Below, piece by piece: positions 17,322 through 26,651 of a stretch of DNA of 64,000 nucleotides. This DNA is from Dethiobacteria bacterium. GTDB taxonomy: Bacteria > Bacillota > Dethiobacteria > DTU022 > UBA8154. Positions within the stretch are counted from its first letter, which is position 1, and the number at the start of each line of letters is the position of its first letter. The stretch spans positions 40,019 through 104,018 of the forward strand of contig JBMNEO010000007.1 in the NCBI GenBank assembly GCA_050948825.1, written 5' to 3'. The notes beneath the pieces are model-generated. The model did no database searches and was not told where the DNA came from. It saw only the letters and a list, made by a program, of their open reading frames with translations. The translations under genes and the position numbers were made by a program.

Positions 17322-17375
17322 AGCTGCTTTTTTCTGATTAAAGAAAGAAGCAGCTCTTTTGCTTCAATACTATAA
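17322..17375. terminator. Hairpin terminator (AAAAAGAGCTGCTT...AAGCAGCTCTTTT)
   Basis: A 13-bp stem flanked by A/T runs. Potentially bidirectional. Confidence 0.55.
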
Positions 17376-17561
17376 ACTAATTAAAAAATGACTGTGAAAA
17401 TGTGCCATAATAAACCGTTATAATCAAGGTTTTAGCCTCAGCCTTTAATGGTAGCAAATGTTTCTGTAACATTTATTAATAATCTGGCAACAAAATTTTA
17501 AGATCTTGTTATAGTCGTTTAATAATCTTTGATTATAATTACATGAAAAGGAGGTAAGCAA

Positions 17562-18119
17562 ATGGGTTCGACAGGTATTGTGCGAAAAATTGATAATCTT
17601 GGCCGGTTGGTAATCCCAAAGGAGGTCAGGAAGACCTTACACATACGCGATGGTGATTCTTTGGAAATTTTTGTGGATAGCGATGGTGAGGTCATCCTAA
17701 AAAAATACTCCTCTATCAGTGAACTGGGCGATTTTGCCAAAGAATATGCCGACTCTTTATACGAAGCTCTTGGTCATATTACCTGTATCGCAGATCGGGA
17801 TCAGATTATTGCCGTATCCGGCAGCCTTGAGAAGGAGTACATTAATAAGCGCATAGCTGCGCTGGTTGAAGAAGTAATGGATGAAAGAAGGGCGGTGTTG
17901 ATTAATCAGCCTGAACAGCACTCTTCTTGCATAATTATTGCGGAAGAAGAAGAAAAGTGCAGATACACAGCAGAAGTTATAGCGCCCATTATAGTAGAAG
18001 GTGATCCGATTGGAGCGGTGATTATAGCTTCCAAAAAACTGAATCCCGGATTTGGCGAACTGGAGTTCAAGTCTGCTGTCACTGCTGCTTCTTTTTTGGC
18101 TAAACAGATGGAACAATGA
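17562..18119 (+). CDS. spoVT: Stage V sporulation protein T (AbrB-N + GAF)
   Basis: The N-terminus GIVRKIDNLGRLVIPKEVRKTL is the AbrB/SpoVT swapped-hairpin motif. The 185-aa length fits SpoVT. Confidence 0.85.
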   Translation: MGSTGIVRKIDNLGRLVIPKEVRKTLHIRDGDSLEIFVDSDGEVILKKYSSISELGDFAKEYADSLYEALGHITCIADRDQIIAVSGSLEKEYINKRIAALVEEVMDERRAVLINQPEQHSSCIIIAEEEEKCRYTAEVIAPIIVEGDPIGAVIIASKKLNPGFGELEFKSAVTAASFLAKQMEQ

Positions 18120-18384
18120 ATGGATAACATAAAATTAGCACAGCGGTTTTTGTTTTGATAAAGCTGAGAGTAACCGGCTCCCAGCTTTTTTATGTTTTCT
18201 TCAAAATCCGCAATTTGTAAATATCCGTGCCTTTTCCCCGGAGCAAGCCGTATCAGTCGAAGGAGAATTAAAGTTACTCAATTTCTAAAATATGTATCTT
18301 TTTCGGCGCCAATGGTATAATTTGCCAGTTTTTCATCATCTATTATTATGGTAATATAGACAATGGTAGTAGAGGAGGGATATT

Positions 18385-19095
18385 ATGCCTTTTTTGGGGA
18401 AGGTTCTGGTGGTGGATGATGACCAGAACGTACTTGAACTGGTAAAGCTTTATGGCGAAAGGGAAGGCTTTGATGTCATTGGGGTTAGTAACGGTGAGCT
18501 GGTACTGCCTGCATTCGATCGCGAGAACCCCGATGTTGTAATACTGGACATTATGCTGCCGGGAGTGGATGGACTTACCCTCTGTCGAAATTTAAGGGCT
18601 ATCCGCATGATCCCTATCATCATGCTTACGGCCAAAGGAGAAGAAGCGGACCGTGTCTTGGGTTTGGAAATGGGAGCAGATGATTATGTTTCCAAACCTT
18701 TCAGCCCCAGGGAGTTAATAGCCAGAATCAAAGCGGTGCTGCGCCGCACCCAACCGCTAGATATGTCAACGAACTGGAAATTAAAATACCCGGGGCTGGA
18801 AATCCAGGCCGATACCAGAAGAGTACTGGTTGATGGTGAGGAAACAGAGGTAACCCCCAGGGAATTTGATTTGCTCTATTACCTTGCACAGAATCCCCGG
18901 AAGGTTTTTTCAAGGGATAAACTTTTAACTGCAGTCTGGGGGTATGATTACTTCGGCGATCAGCGTACTGTAGATGTGCACATTCGCCGGCTGAGGACGA
19001 AACTTACACCCTTACCCCATGAATATCTGACAACTGTCTGGGGTGTGGGTTACCAGTTTACACCTCCTGTAAAAGGAGGAGAGACTGCTTCGTGA
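18385..19095 (+). CDS. OmpR-family response regulator
   Basis: The receiver domain has VLVVDDD and a conserved Asp in ILDIMLP. The C-terminal winged-helix carries TVDVHIRRLRTKL. Confidence 0.9.
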   Translation: MPFLGKVLVVDDDQNVLELVKLYGEREGFDVIGVSNGELVLPAFDRENPDVVILDIMLPGVDGLTLCRNLRAIRMIPIIMLTAKGEEADRVLGLEMGADDYVSKPFSPRELIARIKAVLRRTQPLDMSTNWKLKYPGLEIQADTRRVLVDGEETEVTPREFDLLYYLAQNPRKVFSRDKLLTAVWGYDYFGDQRTVDVHIRRLRTKLTPLPHEYLTTVWGVGYQFTPPVKGGETAS

Positions 19096-20657
19096 ATATT
19101 AACCTCCGGCAGGCCAGGGAAAAACTTCAGTTGGCAATCCGCACTGTACATGGCTTCTTGTTTATGCTCAGCCACTTGTTGCGAGAGCAATTTAATAAGA
19201 ATATTTATACCAGGATATTATTTACAAATGTAACGGCTTTTGTTGTTGGACTAATTGCACTGATGATGTTTTCCAGCTTTGTGGTGAGGCAGGTCACTTA
19301 TAATCAAGCCCAGGAGGAGCTATTGCGCAAAGCTAAACGGGCCAACTATGCTTTGTCACAGGAAGAAGGTGTTTTAGGCATCTCAGCTGCCGAGAAAGCA
19401 GGGGACCAGGGGCAGAGCAGACAAGATTTGCTGAAATTCCTCTCTGATATCTTTGATGCCAGAATAACGATCTTTAATCTCGAAGGCAGCATAATAAGCA
19501 CCTCGGCTGAGCAGGAATTGGTTCCCGGTAGCAAGGTTGAGGAAAAATTTCTTGAGATATTCAACAGTGGTGAAACAACAATTGCTAAAACAGTTGACCG
19601 GGAAACAGGGCAGCTCACCTTTGTAGCGGTTGTTCCAATGGGCAACAACAAAGACATCATCGAAAACGCTATACTGCTGGAGACAAAACCATCCAACCTT
19701 GACCTTTCTTTAAACAAAATGCGTTTGTATCAGGTTATCGGGGGAATGGTTATCCTGGTGATTCTAATTATCATTTCAGTTTACCTGGCGATGCATATCT
19801 CCAGGCCTATTTCCAGTTTGGCTACTACAGTAGCGGAGATCAGCAGGGGCAGTGATGCATTGAGCGTTGAAGATCAACCTTTTGATGAAATAAATACGCT
19901 TGCCGTACAGCTCAATAAAATGGCACTGAGATTGCAAAAAATACAGGCAGAAAGCAGCAGGATGGAAGAGGATAGATCGCGGCTCTTTGCGGAGATCTCA
20001 CACGAGTTGCGTACTCCGCTGACAGCAGTTCAGGGTTTCGTTGAGGCGATTCGTGACGGTATGGTACAGGACAAGGCGTTGCTGGAGAGGTATTTAGATA
20101 CTATTTATACTCAGACGGTCCATATAAGCAGGCTCGTTGATGACATACTGGCATTAAGCCGCCTGGAGAGCGGGACTATCACCGTGGAAAAACTACCGGT
20201 GGACTTAACTGTCCTTGCCCAGGGGGTAGTGACTTCCCTGGAGGCCGTAGCCAAAAGCAAGAACACCTCGCTCTTTTTGGAGAAGAGAACAGAGACTGCC
20301 ATCGTGATTGGGGATGTTGACCGCATGGAACAAATTATCAGGAATTTGATAAAAAATGCCATTGGAGCTACGGAAAACGGCATCATCAGGGTTGGCGTGG
20401 AGACCAGGCAGGACGAAGTATTGCTTACGATTGAAGATACAGGTGTTGGCATTTCGCCCGATGACCTTCCGCATATCTGGGATAGGTTTTATCAAGTAAA
20501 GAACCAGCGGGGCAATCACATTCAGGAAAAGGGTACAGGCCTGGGGCTGGTGATCGCAAAAAAGCTGGTCCAGTTACAGGGTGGCAAAATAGATGTTGCA
20601 AGCCAGCCGGGGAAAGGAACAATTTTTAATATCAGTTTTCCATCCTATGGTCAGTAA
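19092..20657 (+). CDS. Sensor histidine kinase (HAMP-HisKA-HATPase)
   Basis: Two TM segments, an H-box SHELRTPLT, then N, G1 and G2 boxes (GTGLGL). Overlaps the regulator gene by 4 nt. Confidence 0.9.
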   Translation: MNINLRQAREKLQLAIRTVHGFLFMLSHLLREQFNKNIYTRILFTNVTAFVVGLIALMMFSSFVVRQVTYNQAQEELLRKAKRANYALSQEEGVLGISAAEKAGDQGQSRQDLLKFLSDIFDARITIFNLEGSIISTSAEQELVPGSKVEEKFLEIFNSGETTIAKTVDRETGQLTFVAVVPMGNNKDIIENAILLETKPSNLDLSLNKMRLYQVIGGMVILVILIIISVYLAMHISRPISSLATTVAEISRGSDALSVEDQPFDEINTLAVQLNKMALRLQKIQAESSRMEEDRSRLFAEISHELRTPLTAVQGFVEAIRDGMVQDKALLERYLDTIYTQTVHISRLVDDILALSRLESGTITVEKLPVDLTVLAQGVVTSLEAVAKSKNTSLFLEKRTETAIVIGDVDRMEQIIRNLIKNAIGATENGIIRVGVETRQDEVLLTIEDTGVGISPDDLPHIWDRFYQVKNQRGNHIQEKGTGLGLVIAKKLVQLQGGKIDVASQPGKGTIFNISFPSYGQ

Positions 20658-21095
20658 TATGAAGCAGGCAGTATAGTAACAATAGGAAAAGAAACCACTA
20701 CTTAAGCACGTACATCACTTGATAGGCGATTTCACAAAAAGAATAATCTACAATTGACCATATTATGCTTTATCCGCTTGGTATGACAAAGTTCTTTTTG
20801 CAAAAAATGCTTAAAAATGTTATTTGAAAGCTTGAAAAAATATATTTTAAAGATTATTATTATCAGGAGGCGTTATGTATTTGATTCCCAGGGGAAGATT
20901 GCTTTCGAAATTGCTTTTTTCTCCGCGGGCTTTTTTATTAACAGCTCAGGAGGATTAAAATTTGTTTTATTATTACTTAAGATAATTATTGCTTAAGATA
21001 ATAACAACAAATAATTACCACGGAAGGAATCTCTCAAGAAACATATCCTTTAATGTTTGTTATTATGTTAACCTATTTGTTTGGAGGATTAAAAT

Positions 21096-21284
21096 ATGAC
21101 CCTTGATCAACAAAGAAAATTTTGGATAATTTTTTTTACAGTTCTTGTTCTGTCAGCCTTTATTGTACCTTTCATCTTTTTTCATGACGTAGCTAAAGTG
21201 TACGGCGCCTTCCTTTTCTGGAATATATTCGCTGTCGTTGCGATAATAAGCATGTTGATTATCACGAGTCAATGGAGGGATTAA
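21096..21284 (+). CDS. Small membrane subunit associated with sodium:solute symporters (DUF4212-like)
   Basis: 62 aa with two TM segments. Immediately upstream of the SSS transporter, to which it is translationally coupled. Confidence 0.55.
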   Translation: MTLDQQRKFWIIFFTVLVLSAFIVPFIFFHDVAKVYGAFLFWNIFAVVAIISMLIITSQWRD

Positions 21285-21288
21285 TCCT

Positions 21289-22767
21289 GTGAGTGCTACA
21301 ATTATATATGCAGCGATTGCACTATATTTTATTTTTGGCACCATTGTTGCCGTACTTGCCCGGCGCGGTATGGGGAAAGGCGTAGCTGATTTTTTTCTCG
21401 CTAACAGGACAGTGGGAGGTTTTGTAGCGGCCTTAACTTACAGCGCTACTACCTATAGCGCTTTTATGCTGGTAGGATTGGCCGGTTTTACATATCTTGG
21501 TGGTGTAGGAGCTCTGGGTTTTGAGCTAATATACCTCTCAGGCCTGGTACTGGTAGCTTTTTTTGGGCCCCGCTTCTGGCTGGTCGGCAAAAAATATAAT
21601 TATATTACCCCGACGGAGATGCTGGGGGACCGTTATCAAAGCAATTCCCTGGGGATTATTGCGGCTGTAGCGTCAGTCATTTTTCTTATTCCTTACAGTT
21701 CTGTTCAGTTAATAGGTATCGGGGCTCTTTTGGAGGGCCTTTCGGGTGGCGCTATTCCTTATATGGCAGGTGTGGTTGCTGCTGCAATTTTTGCTGTCAC
21801 CTGGGCCTGGATAGGCGGAATGCGATCTGTAGCCTGGACTGATTCACTCCAGGCGCTGGTAATGATCATCGTGGCAACCGGATCGGTATTATTCATCGTT
21901 TATCGTGCATTTGGCGGTTTTGGAAATATGTTTGCCGCGCTTGAGACTCAGTATCCTGCCTGGCTAACCGTCCCTGGCCCGGGTTTTTTTAACGCCAAGT
22001 CGTTTGTTGGGTTAAGTATGCCCTGGTTCTTTTTTTGTCTCTCCAATCCGCAGGTAAGTCAGCGCCTTTTTATACCCAAATCTTTAGGGCATATGAGAAC
22101 GATGGTGATAGGATTTTTGGTTTTTGGGTTTATTTATACATTAATCTCTATAATCTGGGGGTTCTCCGCCCGTCTGCTGCTTCCTGATCTTGCCATAGCC
22201 GATGATGCTACTCCCTACCTGTTGGCGTTGGATATAGTACCAGCCGCGATTGCCCTTTTTGTGTTGCTCGGTATTACCGCAGCAGCTATCTCAACGGTGA
22301 ACTCGATCATCCTTACTCTTTCCTCCATGGTCTCCAGAGATGTTGTCAAAAAGATCAATCCCAATATTGATGAAGATTTTGAGTTGCTGGCAGGTAAGGT
22401 ATTTATACCGCTTTTTGCTATAGCAATTTTCTTTTTTGCCAGCTTGCGCCTGGGGCTAATCGCTGTTTTGTCGGTGGCATCTTCAGCTGGCCTTCTGGTA
22501 ATGGTTCCCTCCCTTATAGGTGCCTTTTTTTGGGAAAGGGGTACCGCGGCCGGAGCTATTACCAGCATTATAGCCGGTGGCATAGTAGCGGCATATTTCC
22601 AGTTCGGTGGTGTGCAGCCGCTGGGCTGGGGGCCGGGAATATGGAGTGGTATCGTTTCCTTAATTCTGTTTATCGTAGTTAGTCTCTTCACAGAGCCTCC
22701 ACGTGAAAAAGCTGAGGAATTTCTTGACTATGTAAACGGCGCGCTGAAGCAGAAAAATGCTATCTAA
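21289..22767 (+). CDS. Sodium:solute symporter (SSS) family transporter
   Basis: 492 aa with ~13 TM segments, typical of the PanF/PutP/acetate-permease family. Confidence 0.85.
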   Translation: MSATIIYAAIALYFIFGTIVAVLARRGMGKGVADFFLANRTVGGFVAALTYSATTYSAFMLVGLAGFTYLGGVGALGFELIYLSGLVLVAFFGPRFWLVGKKYNYITPTEMLGDRYQSNSLGIIAAVASVIFLIPYSSVQLIGIGALLEGLSGGAIPYMAGVVAAAIFAVTWAWIGGMRSVAWTDSLQALVMIIVATGSVLFIVYRAFGGFGNMFAALETQYPAWLTVPGPGFFNAKSFVGLSMPWFFFCLSNPQVSQRLFIPKSLGHMRTMVIGFLVFGFIYTLISIIWGFSARLLLPDLAIADDATPYLLALDIVPAAIALFVLLGITAAAISTVNSIILTLSSMVSRDVVKKINPNIDEDFELLAGKVFIPLFAIAIFFFASLRLGLIAVLSVASSAGLLVMVPSLIGAFFWERGTAAGAITSIIAGGIVAAYFQFGGVQPLGWGPGIWSGIVSLILFIVVSLFTEPPREKAEEFLDYVNGALKQKNAI

Positions 22768-23239
22768 AAAGAGCTTGAATATTCATTGTGTGGCAAGGGG
22801 AATAAATTATTACCGGTATTAGCGGAAGTATAACATTGATGCTTGTAGGATACCAACTTTACAAAATAATAATGATACCACCGTGCTAAATAAAATAGCA
22901 GCTTCTTTCTCAAATAAAGGCTGCTTGTTTGTTTTATAAACACCTTAAATTTAAAGATATTTTTCAAGAAATGCATAAATATGTAAACATATTTTTACAA
23001 TCCTAAAAACATGAAACTTTTATGGAAGTAATAGATAATTTTTACTGAATAATTTATATCCCAGCTTTAGTCAGGTTCTTTTTGCCTGGAAGTTATGGTA
23101 AAATAATATTATAGATCATTTCGAAATAATGTAGTGAGGAATAATAAGTAATAATTTGCTTACCTTGGAAGGTATTTCTTCCGGTATAACGAATTAAAAA
23201 AATGAAAGGAATTTGGAGGATTATTGTGAATAAATACTG

Positions 23240-24187
23240 GTGTATTTTTATATTGTTGATGTTTTTTTCAGTATTCCTGCCGCCGTATGCGCTAATGGAA
23301 TAGAGGTTGAAGTTAACGGTAAAACAGTTGAGTTTACTAACCCCCCGTGCATAGAAAATGGGCATATATTGGTGCCGATGCGGGAGTTTTTTATGGCTCT
23401 GGGTGCTGAGGTTTCCTGGGACGGCAAAACTAAGGCTGCAATTGCTGTTAAGGATAAGGTGAGGATTAGCATATCCGTTGGGAGCAATGTAGCAACGATT
23501 GATGACGTGCCGGTACAGGTTGATGCCCCGGCTATGATTGTCGTTAGCCATGTTTATATTCCCCTGCGGTTTGCTGCTGAATCCCTGGGTGGAGAGGTAA
23601 ACTGGGAAGCAGGCAGTAGCATAGTGTCGATAACGACTTCTGCCAGGAAGCTTGATTCAAGGGGGGGGGGAGGCCAGAATTTCGCTAGTATTTACGGAGG
23701 TAAGATTAATATCAATGCGGCGGGTGTAGATGAGCTGGTAAGAATAGATGGGGTTAGCAAGGAGATAGCTGAAAAAATCCTGGCCCGCCGGGAAGCAGTC
23801 GGTCCTTATAAAAGTTTTGGAGAAATTAAAAATTTATTGTCGGCAAACGACGCATTATTTGAAGTAATAAAAGCAAACCTAATAATAGTATTTGAGGAAA
23901 AAGGGCAAGGATGCTATTACGGAAATGAGTTTCACGGGAACAAGACATCGAGCGGTGAAGTATACGATAAAAATTTGTATACAGCCGCCCATCGCACTCT
24001 CCCGTTTGGAACTATGGTTAAGGTAACCTTTCCGGAAACCGGCCGCAGCATTTGGGTGCGGATTAACGACAGGGGTCCACATGTTCCGAAGCGCATTATC
24101 GATCTTTCCGGGGCAGCCGCTAATGCCATCGGGTTAACGCCTTTCGGTATTGGGTGGGTTGAGCTGGAAGCAATTCTAGAGGGTTAG
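23240..24187 (+). CDS. Secreted cell-wall protein: Cu-amine-oxidase N-terminal domain + ComEA-like HhH + RlpA-like double-psi beta-barrel
   Basis: Domain motifs: NGKTVEF...HILVPMREF (CuAO-N1), INAAGVDELVRIDGVSKEIAEKIL (HhH), RTLPFGTMVKVT...WVRINDRGP (RlpA/DPBB). A signal peptide is encoded in the -1 frame from GTG 23226 up to a T7 run. Confidence 0.65.
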   Translation: MYFYIVDVFFSIPAAVCANGIEVEVNGKTVEFTNPPCIENGHILVPMREFFMALGAEVSWDGKTKAAIAVKDKVRISISVGSNVATIDDVPVQVDAPAMIVVSHVYIPLRFAAESLGGEVNWEAGSSIVSITTSARKLDSRGGGGQNFASIYGGKININAAGVDELVRIDGVSKEIAEKILARREAVGPYKSFGEIKNLLSANDALFEVIKANLIIVFEEKGQGCYYGNEFHGNKTSSGEVYDKNLYTAAHRTLPFGTMVKVTFPETGRSIWVRINDRGPHVPKRIIDLSGAAANAIGLTPFGIGWVELEAILEG

Positions 24188-24304
24188 GTTTATTATTCAT
24201 TTAGTTGCATTGAGAATTGATGATAAACACCGGGCCCAAAGTAAAACCCGGCACCTCGTCTTATTTTTTTATTATGAAAATCTTACAATCTAAAGTATAC
24301 ATTA

Positions 24305-25789
24305 ATGTTCAACCGGGGGTTTATTGATAAAATGCAACCATCTGCCGCTATTGTTAAAATAATCGACGATATTTTTCATCCCCGTTCCATTGCAGTTGTT
24401 GGAGCATCAAAGGGGCATACTTCTTTTGGTTATCAGTATTTACAAATTCTGGTTGAATCCGGTTACCGGGGGCGCTTATATCCGGTTAATCCGCAGGAGA
24501 AAGAAATACTTGGAATCCAAGCTTACCCATCCCTCGAAGATATTCCGGGGGAAATTGATTATGTCATCTGTTGCATTAATGCCAGGCTTGTTTTAGATTT
24601 GCTTGCTCAGTGCTCACGAAAAAAAGTCAAAGCGGTACACCTGTTTACCGGAAAATTAAGCGAAACCGGAGACGAAAAAGCTCTTCAGCTTGAAGAAGAA
24701 ATAAAAAGGCAGGCTCAAAATTTGGGGATACGCTTAATAGGTCCCAACTGTATGGGAATCTACTATCCGGAGGAACGGATTGCTTTTCATCATGAATTAT
24801 GCATGGAGCCGGGTACTGTTGGGGCAATAATACAAAGCGGCGGACTTGCCGGTGAGATAGTAAGGCTGGCAGCCCTGCGGGGAGTTCGTTTTAGTAAGGT
24901 TGTCAGTTATGGAAATGCGGCAGACCTTGGCGAAACCGACTTTCTGGAGTATTTATTGTGGGACAACAAAACGAAAATTATTCTCATGTATCTTGAAGGC
25001 ATCAAAGATGGCCAAAGATTTTTTAAAACACTGCGCAAGGTAACAAAGGTAAAACCCGTAATTGTTTTAAAAGGCGGAAGAAGCAGGGCAGGTGTTAAAT
25101 CTGTAGCTTCTCATACTGCTTCCATCGCCGGGTCGATAAGTACTTGGCAGGTAGTATTACGACAGGTTAAAGCGATTCAAGCCAATAGTTTAAACGAACT
25201 GATTGATCTTTGTACAGCATTTTATTTTCTTCCTCCGATAACGGGAAAACGGGTGGGGGTTGTCGGAGGGGGCGGAGGTAAAAGTGTTCTGGCCGGCGAT
25301 GAATATGAGGAGGCCGGCCTTGAAGTTGTCCCCATTCCGGATGAGATAATTCAATTGTTAACAAAGATGAACCCTAAAGTGCGCCGGTGGCTTGTCAATC
25401 CTGTTGACGCGTCCATCCTGGCCAGTTTAAATTTAGAATCTGTTGATGTATTGAGGCGTATGGCCCAATCACCTTATTTTGATCTGCTCTGTATCAATTC
25501 ATCTGAGGATTCATTATTTTACAAAGATGATTGGATTGCATTTATGCAAAGCTATATGAATGAAGCTGTAAAAATTCATAAAGAGGGAAGTAAGCCGGTT
25601 ATTGCTGTGGTAGGCAATCCCGAAATTGGGATTAGCCAGGTTGTTAACTGGCGCTGGCAGGCTCTTTTTAGATTGCGTGAACAGTTAATAAGGGAGGGTA
25701 TACCTGTTTTCTCCAGCGCCGGTCGGGCGGCGACGGCAATTGTTAAATTGGCAAATTATTATAGATATCAAAAAAGCAGAGGGATATAA
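24305..25789 (+). CDS. Acyl-CoA synthetase (NDP-forming) alpha-type subunit (CoA-binding + CoA-ligase domains)
   Basis: PRSIAVVGAS..GY.....NP marks the CoA-binding domain. The succinyl-CoA-synthetase-like flavodoxin domain follows. An alternative start lies at 24332. Confidence 0.7.
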   Translation: MFNRGFIDKMQPSAAIVKIIDDIFHPRSIAVVGASKGHTSFGYQYLQILVESGYRGRLYPVNPQEKEILGIQAYPSLEDIPGEIDYVICCINARLVLDLLAQCSRKKVKAVHLFTGKLSETGDEKALQLEEEIKRQAQNLGIRLIGPNCMGIYYPEERIAFHHELCMEPGTVGAIIQSGGLAGEIVRLAALRGVRFSKVVSYGNAADLGETDFLEYLLWDNKTKIILMYLEGIKDGQRFFKTLRKVTKVKPVIVLKGGRSRAGVKSVASHTASIAGSISTWQVVLRQVKAIQANSLNELIDLCTAFYFLPPITGKRVGVVGGGGGKSVLAGDEYEEAGLEVVPIPDEIIQLLTKMNPKVRRWLVNPVDASILASLNLESVDVLRRMAQSPYFDLLCINSSEDSLFYKDDWIAFMQSYMNEAVKIHKEGSKPVIAVVGNPEIGISQVVNWRWQALFRLREQLIREGIPVFSSAGRAATAIVKLANYYRYQKSRGI

Positions 25790-25792
25790 CAA

Positions 25793-26481
25793 ATGTTTTT
25801 TTCAATCCTGGAGGCAAAAGCTCAGGGGCTAAAAAAACTTACCGAATTTGAGGCTAAAGAAATTTTAAAAACAGCCGGCATACCTGTGGTAAAAACATTT
25901 CTCGCAAGGTCAAAAGAAGAAGCACAGCTACTTGCCGATAATATTGATTACCCGGTGGTGTTGAAGATTTGCTCCCGGGATTTGGTACATAAAACAGAAG
26001 CTGGTGGAGTTTCGCTGGGTCTTGCCGGTCCGGAGGAAGTTGGACTTGCCTATGATCATATGCTTAATACCATGAAAACAGAACATCCTCGGTATAATAT
26101 TGAAGGGGTGACCGTCCAACCGATGATCACTGAGGGGATCGAAGTAGTTGCCGGTGTTACCCGGGATCCTCAGTTCGGGGCGATGGTAATGTTCGGTTTG
26201 GGTGGGATATTTGTCGAGATATTAAGGGATGTATCTTTCCGCATAGTACCTCTAACTGAAGAGGATGCTTATGAGATGATCGATGAAATCAGGGGACGTG
26301 AGCTGTTGAAGGGGGCAAGAGGGAGCGGATCCGGTAAAAATTGAAGCGCTCGCTGAGGTACTTCTTAAACTTTCTAATTTTGTTGAAGCAAACCCGGGAG
26401 TGAAAGAGCTTGATATCAATCCTCTATTTGCGGATAGCCAGGGGTGCGTTGCTGCAGATGCGCGTATTATACTGGAATAAT
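25793..26481 (+). CDS. Acyl-CoA synthetase (NDP-forming) beta-type ATP-grasp subunit, interrupted by a 1-nt frameshift near 26330
   Basis: The ATP-grasp motifs PVVLKI and GGVSLGL are present. The C-terminal ...VKIEALAEVLLKLSNFVEANPGVKELDINPLFA..AADARIILE continues in the +1 frame after GGG at ~26317-26330. Confidence 0.65.
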
Positions 26482-26651
26482 GATCCTTATAAGGATTAAA
26501 AAGAACTTGACACCATTCCCTTCTTTGTTTCCCTGTTTTGCTTGAAAATTTTAAAAATGGTTAGATCCAAAGTGTAATAGTATATAGTAATAATATTGTC
26601 GGGGATAATATTAATAGGCATGAATGCACAAATGAGATAGGAGTGTTATTA

